From positions 1,830,001 through 1,862,000 of the forward strand of contig NC_010628.1 in NCBI RefSeq assembly GCF_000020025.1: 32,000 nucleotides of DNA, given 5' to 3'. Positions 24,837-32,000 of this stretch are shown in pieces. The DNA is from Nostoc punctiforme PCC 73102. GTDB taxonomy: Bacteria; Cyanobacteriota; Cyanobacteriia; Cyanobacteriales; Nostocaceae. The notes below the pieces were generated by a model. The model did no database searches. It was given only the letters and a program-made list of their open reading frames with translations, and was not told the DNA's origin. Each line of letters begins with the position of its first letter. Positions within the stretch are counted from its first letter, which is position 1. The translations under genes and the position numbers were made by a program.

Positions 24837-25897
24837 TTACGACCAGTGATGATGCTCCAGTAACTCGAAGCTGGTTTAATTTCAATGTCGATAAAACCTG
24901 CTTGTTCCAACATCATTGACAATTCCTGACCTGAATATTGTTGACCTCCCAGCTTTAAAGATATATTCAAATTTTTAGCTGCTACTGGGAAAGGGCCTGT
25001 TTTTTGCTCATTAAATAGCATCTCATGGAGGATAATCCGCCCTCCAGGTAATAGGCTATTGAAGCTTTTTTTTGTGATAACTTGACATTTTTCTTGTTGC
25101 CAATGATGATAAACAGCACTATAAAAATGAAGATCGCCTACGGGAAAAGTATCACTCCACATATCAAACTCTTGTGTTGCAATCCGATTCTGTAAGCCAT
25201 AATGCGTGATAAATTCCTGAGCTATTTCGCACACTGTAGGTAGTTCGAGAACAACGGCTTGCAAATTCGGCCATTTTAACGTTGCACCAATTGAATGAGC
25301 CGCCGAACCTCCACCAATATCAATAAACAATTTATATTCAGATAAATCAATGAGTTCTGGCCAAATTAATGCAGCCGCCATACTTGGCCCATGCATACTA
25401 GAGATAAAACCACGGATAAGTTTAACATTATTACCAAAGGTGATGGTACGCATAAAATCATGATTTTTAACCAAAGATTCCATCACTTTTTTGCCAGGGT
25501 AATTATTGGTAAATAAAGACTTCTTTAAACTATCAAATGAGGATATATGCTTACGTTCGTCAAATATCATCATTTCTAATAAAGCACCGAAATATGTGGG
25601 ACTACTTTTGACCAAATAGTCTTTGGCAAGAAGAGTAAGTGAATAATAATTATTTTCTATTTCTAATAATTCAATAGATGCAAGAACTGCTAAAATAGCT
25701 TCTGCTGGGCGTTGAAAAATTTTTAATTCATTACAAATTTCTGCTAAAGTGCATGGTTTTTGAGATAGGAGAGGGAATAGTTTGATGTCATAAGCAACGA
25801 GCAATACTTGACGACCTGTATCTGCAAAAAGGAGATTCCATAATAACAATTCGTCAGTTTTGGGTTTTTGAATTGTTATAGATGTATTTGTATTCAT
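24830..25897 (-). CDS. Class I SAM-dependent O-methyltransferase (family 2 type, with an N-terminal dimerisation/winged-helix region)
   Basis: 355-aa ORF. The SAM-binding motif is LFIDIGGGSAAHS. The domain order and length match plant/bacterial small-molecule OMTs (Methyltransf_2-like). Its last 7 nt overlap the open frame of the ABC remnant. Confidence 0.8.
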   Translation of the reverse strand: MNTNTSITIQKPKTDELLLWNLLFADTGRQVLLVAYDIKLFPLLSQKPCTLAEICNELKIFQRPAEAILAVLASIELLEIENNYYSLTLLAKDYLVKSSPTYFGALLEMMIFDERKHISSFDSLKKSLFTNNYPGKKVMESLVKNHDFMRTITFGNNVKLIRGFISSMHGPSMAAALIWPELIDLSEYKLFIDIGGGSAAHSIGATLKWPNLQAVVLELPTVCEIAQEFITHYGLQNRIATQEFDMWSDTFPVGDLHFYSAVYHHWQQEKCQVITKKSFNSLLPGGRIILHEMLFNEQKTGPFPVAAKNLNISLKLGGQQYSGQELSMMLEQAGFIDIEIKPASSYWSIITGRKP

Positions 25898-25955
25898 GAT
25901 TTTTTGGATGTGTTTGATGAGTTAATTGGAGTTTTAGGTCCTATCTGATATTTTT

Positions 25956-25987
25956 GAATGAACCGCAAAGGCACAGATAAGCCAGTG
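25956..25987 (+). repeat. Copy B of the 32-nt imperfect direct repeat (GAATGAACCGCAAAGGCACAGATAAGCCAGTG)
   Basis: See copy A. Together the two copies bracket the ABC-remnant + O-methyltransferase block. Confidence 0.6.
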
Positions 25988-26569
25988 CATTGGGTGGGTT
26001 CCTTGGCTTGCAGCAACTATCACTACGCAGAGAGAAGAATGAAGAGAGGTTTTAGCGAATAATTTAGAATTGCTAGATTTATCTTAACTCTGTAGGCAAA
26101 ATTAGAATTTTTTTGGATGTACTAGTAAATTATTCGTCACGGAAAAATCGTTTTATCACTTTACATATAGGATTTTTTAGCAGTGAATTCCAAAATTTAA
26201 TTGTTTGGGGATCTTGTAAATTGCTATTTGTTGAGAGCAGAATCAAAGAATTTATTTTTCTGTTATTTTGTGACCATTTTTAACTACAATGTTGGCTTTC
26301 ACTATATCACCTTTTATGGGGTCGGTAAGTCCATAAATAGCAAGGGACTAATTAGCATTCAGTAGTTTTACTGTTGCCGATGAGTTACACAATATCCGAC
26401 ATCTTCATGCTACGCATCGACTTTTTCTGCTTGTTTGTGTGCAGTTTTAATACCTGTATAATGCAGAAATGCGATCGCACCATTGCAGAAAAGTGCATAA
26501 TTAACGTTGTTAATGATCCAAAGGTGCAGTTCTATTAGATACTCAAGTAATCTATATAAATAGCACCCA

Positions 26570-29500
26570 ATGACGATCAAATACGAATTAAACAAGTGTT
26601 TGCAGTTCGGATTGGCAGCGTTGCTGGGCTGCTTAAGTGTAAGTTTCCTCACTAGCAAAACCCAGGCACAACAAAGCAATATCGTGCCTGATAACACACT
26701 TGGGGCTGAGTCCTCTCAAGTTATAGGCAACTTTCAGGGACTACCCATAGAAGTAATTACAGGTGGTGCAACTCGCCAAAGCAATCTATTTCACAGCTTT
26801 CAAGAATTTAATATCAGCGAGGGACGAGCAGCGTATTTTTTCAGTCCTAGCGCAGATATTCAAAATATTCTGGCACGGGTGACAGGTAATAATCGTTCAG
26901 AAATTTTGGGTACACTCGGCACATTTGGTAATTCTAGCCCGAATTTATTTTTGATAAATCCCAATGGGATTGTGTTTGGGAATAATGCCAGTTTAGATGT
27001 GCAGGGTTCATTTGTGGGGACGACTGCGAACGGTTTGCAGTTTGGTAATCAGGGGGTTTTTAGTGCGACAAATCCCCAAGCAGTGCCATTGTTGACTATT
27101 AATCCTTCAGTATTGCTGTTTAATCAAATCCAAGCAAATGGGGGAATAATCAATCAATCCCAAGCACCCGCAGGGACAAATCTCATTGGACAAGATGTTA
27201 CGGGTTTGCGAGTTGCTGATGGTAAAAGTTTGCTGCTTGTTGGTGGAAATATCAATATTGATGGCGGGAGTGTTCGCGCTTATGGCGGAAATGTTGAGTT
27301 AGCAGGTTTGGCTGCACCGGGAAATGTGGGATTGAATATTGCAGGTGATAATTTTGGTTTAGTTATACCTGAGAATGTAGAACGCGCCGATGTTTCGCTG
27401 AGTAATGGTGCAGAAGTTAATGTTCGCGGTGCGGGTGGTGGGAATATCACAATTCAGGCTCGAAATGTAAATTTAGTTGCGGGAAGTATATTAAGAGCGG
27501 GAATAGATAGAGGCTTAGGTACTCCTAATAGTAAGGGTGGAGATATTACTATTAATGCTACAGCAGATACAACATTAATAGATGAAAGTGGGATCGCTAA
27601 CGTAGTGCAAGAAGGAGCATTTGGTAATGCTGGCGATATCAATATTACAACTGGGACATTAACGTTAGAAAAGACTGGACTAATTAATGCTAATCTCTAC
27701 GGACAAGGCAATGCAGGAAATGTAAATATTAATGCTCAAGGTGATATCAGTTTTCGTAACTCAAGACCAGGGGAAGCTAACGGAATTGTTGTCAAGGTAA
27801 ATGAAGGCGCTATAGGTAATGGTGGAAAGGTTACTATTAATACCAATTCTTTAGAAATAAATGATGGGTCGCAAATTCAAGGTAGCATTTATGGAAAAGG
27901 TAATTCTGGTAATATCATCATTAATGCTCGTAATAATATTTCATTAGATGGTAATAAAGGTAATATTTTTAGCCGGATTATTAATTATGTGCAACCCACT
28001 GCTGAAGGCAATGCAGGTAATATTCAAATCACAACAAGTACCCTAAAAATTACCAATGGAGCCTTTATTAGTAGCGGTACCAGTGGCAAAGGGAACGGTG
28101 GTAATATCAGCATTAACGCCCTGAATAACATAGTCTTTGATACTAATAGCACCGCTAGTAGTGATGTTTTTAATGAGGGGGTAGGAGTAGGTAACGGAGG
28201 AAATATTTATCTGAAAACAGGTTCCCTCTCGTTAACTAACGGTAGTCAAATATCAACAAATGTATTAGGGCGAGGTAATGCTGGAAATATTACTGTCGAA
28301 GCCTCTAGTAATGTCAAGCTAGATGGCGTTTTCATTGACGCGGGGAAGTTTTTCCTTATTGACTTGGATTACGATCAGTCGAGTGGTTTGAAAAGCAACT
28401 TAAATAGTGGAGGTGTTGGGAAAGCAGGAAATATTCAAGTTACAACGGGATCACTTTCTGTTACTAATGGTGCCACAATATCTACCCTTACTCCTGGAGT
28501 CGGTAATGCAGGAAATATCACTATTAATGCCCGCGATAATGTCACAGTTTCAGGTTTTGGGGGCAGGGCAAAATCTGGCAGTATAGTGTCAACTGAAAGT
28601 GTTGTTAATAATGCAATAGCCAATGGTGGTGATATTCGCATCACTGCAAGTAATTTACTATTTAAAGATAGCGGACGACTAAATACTAGTAACTACGGAC
28701 AAGGAAATGGAGGTAATATTTTTCTTGATGTTGGAAATACTATTACTTTTGATGGTGTAGGCGGTAATGGAAAATCTAGTAGTGCATTTACGGAAGCATT
28801 CAATGGTAACGCCGGAAATATTCAAATTAAAACAGGCTCGCTGTTTTTAACAAATGGCAGTGGGATATATTCTTCACATCAAGAAGGAAAAGGTAATGCT
28901 GGAAATATCACCATCAATGCTCGTGATACTGTCAAAATTGATGGTGTTGTAAAGGATGTAACTTTGAGTACTGGCCAATTCGATATAAGTAGCGGTTTAT
29001 TTAGTTATTTGCTGAGTGGTGAAGGTAAAGGAGGTGACATCGAAATTACAACAGGATCACTTTCCGTTACTAACGGTGCAGTCATTGCTGGAGACACAGA
29101 TGGACAGGGAAATGGAGGTAATATCAGCATCAACGCCCGCGATACAGTAACTATTGATGGTGGAAAAAATGGTTTAGGTGCTTTCGTAAGCACTTCAACT
29201 GCAAGTAAAAGCACGGGGAACGCTGGTAATATAGGCATCAACGCTAGAGAATTATTTCTAAAAAATGGTGCTACACTCGGCGCTTTTAGTAATAGTTCTG
29301 GTAATGGTGGTAATATCTTTATCGATACACGCGATGCCGTTACCTTTGACGGAACCAATGGTGAAAATCTACCAAGTGCGGCATATACTTTTACTCGTGG
29401 AAGCGGGAATGGTGGAAATATTCAGGTTAAAACAGGGACGCTAACCTTAACCAATGGTGGAGTAGTCAATGCTAGTACTACTTCTAGAGGCGATGGAGGT

Positions 29501-30383
29501 AATATTACCATTGATGCACGCGATCGCATTTTTATTGACGGTATCAGTACCACAGGTTTTTCTAGGTGTTTTTAGTACAGTCAATCAAGACGCTGTGGGC
29601 AATGCAGGTAATATTAACCTGACAACAGATTTTTTATTTTTAAATCGCGGGGGCATCAGTTCAAGCAGCTTTGGGCAAGGTAAAGCTGGAAATATTAATA
29701 TTAATTCTGTTTCTACAGCACTTGATAAAAAAGCATTTATTGAAGCAATAACTAACTCTGGCGATGGTGGAAATATTAATTTAACTGCTAGCGATCGCTT
29801 AATATTGCGTAACGGTAGCCAAATTTCGACCACCGCAGGTACAGCGCAAGCAGGTGGGGATGGTGGTAACATCGACATCAATTCAAGATTTATCATTGCC
29901 GTCCCCGAAGAAAACAGCGACATCGCAGCCAACGCCTTCACAGGAACAGGTGGGAACGTCAAAATTAACTCGCAAGGTGTTTTTGGTATTGAGTCGCGTC
30001 CAAAGCCAACCGAGAAAAGTGATATTACTGCCAGTTCGGAATTAGGTGTTGCAGGTGCGATCAACATTAACGCACCCGATACCAGTTCCATCCTAAACAG
30101 CTTCACCGAATTATCCCCAGTCATCGACACCAATGCACTCATCGCCAATAGTTGCATTTCACGTGGCATCAAACGACAAGAAAACTCTTTTACCATAACA
30201 GGTTCTGGTGCTTTGACCCCTAATCGTCCAGGGGTTTCGGTTTCTACCTACACAACTGGAGAGGTGAGAGGTGTAGAAACTACATCCCGTCTCTGGAAGA
30301 AAGGCGATCCGATTATTGAACCACAAGGATTATATCGGCTGAATAATGGACAGTTGCTATTGAGTCGAGAATGTTCTAATTAG
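26570..30383 (+). pseudogene. TpsA-type exoprotein (filamentous-haemagglutinin N-terminal TPS domain + long beta-helical GNAGNI repeats), interrupted by a +1 frameshift at 29557-29561
   Basis: Signal peptide (...LSVSFLTSKTQAQQ). TPS-domain motifs are NLFHSFQEFNI, NILARVTG, SEILGTLG and NLFLINPNGIVFG. There are more than 15 G(N/K)xGNI-containing repeats. ORF 26570-29575 stops 5 codons after a T5 run, and ORF 29469-30383 continues the same repeat pattern in the +1 frame. Removing one T gives about 1270 continuous codons. Confidence 0.85.
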
Positions 30384-30424
30384 TGTTGATTCGCTAAAAT
30401 CAAAACAAACTGGAAAATCTGACT

Positions 30425-31003
30425 ATGGTAGCCATCCTCCAGCAACCGCCAAAAATGACCATCGAGGAGTATTTTGCATGGGAACTCCAGCAAGAACTTC
30501 GTTACGAATATGTCAACGGCGAAGTTTTTGCAATGACAGGTGGTACAATTCCCCACAATGATATTGCACTTAACTTTTACAGAGTCTTATACCCACATTT
30601 ACGGGCTAGAGGTTGTCGAGTGAATGTGTCGGATGTGAAAGTACAAGTTACTCCTCAAAGTCCTTATTATTATCCTGATGTTATCGTCAGTTGCGACCCT
30701 CAAGATCTAAATGCCCGCAAATTTATTCAAAACCCGAAAATTATTGCCGAAGTTCTCTCCCCCAGTACAAGCGAGAAAGATAGGGGTGAAAAATTCACCA
30801 ATTACCTGAAAATTCCCTCTTTACAAGAATATTTATTGATAGATTCGGAAAAAATTTCCGTCGAACGCTACTGTCGGGGAGAGGGCAAAATGTGGCTTTA
30901 TTATCCCTACACTGAGGGAGATATGATTACCCTATCCAGTATCGAATTTGAGTTAGCGATCGCACCACTGTATGAAGGTATTATTTTTGAAGCAGAAGAA
31001 TAG
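30425..31003 (+). CDS. Uma2-family (DUF820) PD-(D/E)xK-like endonuclease
   Basis: 192-aa ORF. MTIEEYFAWE...RYEYVNGEVFAMTGGTIPHNDIA..., PDVIVSC, PKIIAEVLSPST...D...K...Y and SLQEYLLIDSEKISVERY are the standard Uma2 pattern, which is abundant in cyanobacteria. Confidence 0.85.
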   Translation: MVAILQQPPKMTIEEYFAWELQQELRYEYVNGEVFAMTGGTIPHNDIALNFYRVLYPHLRARGCRVNVSDVKVQVTPQSPYYYPDVIVSCDPQDLNARKFIQNPKIIAEVLSPSTSEKDRGEKFTNYLKIPSLQEYLLIDSEKISVERYCRGEGKMWLYYPYTEGDMITLSSIEFELAIAPLYEGIIFEAEE

Positions 31004-31042
31004 CTTGATTTATAGTGCGATCGCTTTTTCTGTAAATGTAGT

Positions 31043-32000
31043 TCAAAACGGCTGATAGCGAACTGAAAAATTAAAGCCATTATCTTGCAGTGAACTGCCG
31101 CGATCGCTTGTGCCCATAAATGGTATACCATAGTCTGCACGCAATACCAAACCATTTAAAGGTTGCCAGTTCAAGCCTAAACCCAGGCTAGCAATGGTTT
31201 GTGGATCGGCATTAATACCGCGATTGTTCCAAGCTGTGCCAATATCAAAAAAGGGTATTAGCTGTAATGTTTCCACATTCGATGCTAGGGGAATACGAAC
31301 TTCCACACCTCCAACTATTCCATTGTCAGCAACAAGTTGATTTTGACTATAGCCGCGCACTGTATCTACTCCGCCAATACTGATTTTTTCGAGCGAAAGT
31401 AAGGAATCAGGAGTAAGTTGAGTGTTAACTTTGGCCAACATCAAAATGCGGGGAGATAGCCGTTGCACCCATTGAAATTGTCCTAACCAGGAGAAAAAAC
31501 GCCCATCAGTACCACTATCGTTGATGGTTGGATCAAAAGCATCGATGCCAAAACTAAATTGCGATCGCGCCGCTAAGACACTGTTAGCATTACGTTGTAA
31601 CCAATCTTGCGAAAAGCGAATTACCGTAACTCTTGATTTTCCATCTTCGGGGCCTTCAGTAAACGAGAAGGGAATATCATTGAGGATGTAGGTTTGACTG
31701 CGCCGTAAATCGAATGCCAATGAGAGAGCAAATTCGTTGTTTGGCGTGTGGGTTAGCGGTTGACGGATATTAAAAGAAAGGGTTTCGGCTTCGCTGCGGA
31801 TATTTAAATCACGAAATTCGCTTTCAATAATCCGGCTAGCACTGTTACTATAGCGGACACCAATAGTTCCATCTAGGGCGTTAAAGGGAATAGAATAATT
31901 GATATTGTAAATATCTAACCCTTCACTACCAGCATATTCAGCACTGAATTTATCTCCAAACCCTAATAAATTATCGTGAGCAATAAAAACACTCCCTTGT
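31043..32000 (-). CDS. ShlB/FhaC/HecB-family TpsB outer-membrane transporter, C-terminal beta-barrel part (the 5' end lies beyond the right edge)
   Basis: The track ORF 31043-31720 starts at an internal TTG. I checked that the same frame stays open to position 32000 (...GSVFIAHDNLLGFGDKFSAEYAGSEGLDIYNINYSIPFNALDGTIGVRYS...). It shows alternating beta-strand patterns, GGVDTVRGY, and the terminal NFSVRYQPF (C-terminal Phe), typical of Omp85/TpsB barrels. Confidence 0.8.
   Translation of the reverse strand, partial: QGSVFIAHDNLLGFGDKFSAEYAGSEGLDIYNINYSIPFNALDGTIGVRYSNSASRIIESEFRDLNIRSEAETLSFNIRQPLTHTPNNEFALSLAFDLRRSQTYILNDIPFSFTEGPEDGKSRVTVIRFSQDWLQRNANSVLAARSQFSFGIDAFDPTINDSGTDGRFFSWLGQFQWVQRLSPRILMLAKVNTQLTPDSLLSLEKISIGGVDTVRGYSQNQLVADNGIVGGVEVRIPLASNVETLQLIPFFDIGTAWNNRGINADPQTIASLGLGLNWQPLNGLVLRADYGIPFMGTSDRGSSLQDNGFNFSVRYQPF

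Noticed and set aside
26457-26462. A perfect TATAAT hexamer 108 nt upstream of the tpsA ATG, considered as its promoter.
   Set aside because: There is no acceptable -35 hexamer at 16-18 nt spacing, and such hexamers are expected by chance in this AT-rich spacer. It is not reported as a feature.
26410-26697. A 95-aa minus-strand ORF overlapping the tpsA start.
   Set aside because: It overlaps the well-supported tpsA signal-peptide region, has no recognisable features, and lies in AT-rich upstream sequence.
27454-30196. Long antisense or alternative-frame ORFs inside tpsA (27454-27642, 28435-28644, 29005-29358 and 29585-30196 on the minus strand; 29854-30045 on the plus strand).
   Set aside because: They are shadows of the GGN/AAT-rich repeat codons. 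Their translations are low-complexity P/L/A-rich strings, and all are nested in a strongly supported gene.
10213-31155. Other small nested ORFs from the track (10213-10419-, 12365-12604-, 17078-17269+, 18208-18567+, 19816-19998-, 21135-21329+, 21971-22192+, 22231-22425+, 23338-23631+, 30907-31155-).
   Set aside because: All lie within, antisense to, or overlapping the ends of longer ORFs with clear homology signatures. None has independent support.

Overview
The window looks like chromosomal DNA from a filamentous, Nostocales-type cyanobacterium. Support: the HIP1 octamer GCGATCGC recurs through most of the window, and the gene set includes Uma2, CHAT, an ISAzo13-type IS and a GNAGNI-repeat TpsA.

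Layout:
1. 1-8431: a seven-gene minus-strand Wzx/Wzy-type polysaccharide operon. It encodes a Wzc-like co-polymerase/kinase, GT2, a Wzx flippase, a GnT-I-like GT, a Wzy-like polymerase, GT4, and one gene that runs off the left edge.
2. 8.4-9.7 kb: an AT-rich 'intergenic' desert. I read it as a heavily decayed IS200/IS605-family tnpB.
3. 9.7-13.3 kb: small secreted ORFs, a stand-alone RibD-type deaminase, a group-2 sigma-70 factor and an AllA-like cupin.
4. 13.4-17.6 kb: one signal-peptide-TPR-CHAT protease gene split by a 1334-bp ISAzo13-family element. The transposase of that element is itself split at an A9 tract.
5. 17.8-24.0 kb: PAS-GGDEF-EAL, GT2, an S41 C-terminal processing protease and a DUF218 protein.
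6. 24.1-25.9 kb: an ABC-exporter ATPase remnant abutting an O-methyltransferase. The block is bracketed by 32-nt imperfect direct repeats.
7. 26.5-32.0 kb: a two-partner-secretion locus. It holds a tpsA frameshifted at a T5 run, a Uma2 nuclease gene, and a convergent partial tpsB.

I found no rRNA or tRNA gene, no CRISPR array and no coherent new multi-gene system. The main points are several independent gene-inactivation events whose ancestral states can be reconstructed from the sequence, plus a few atypical family members. All homology calls come from by-eye motif recognition. No database search was run.
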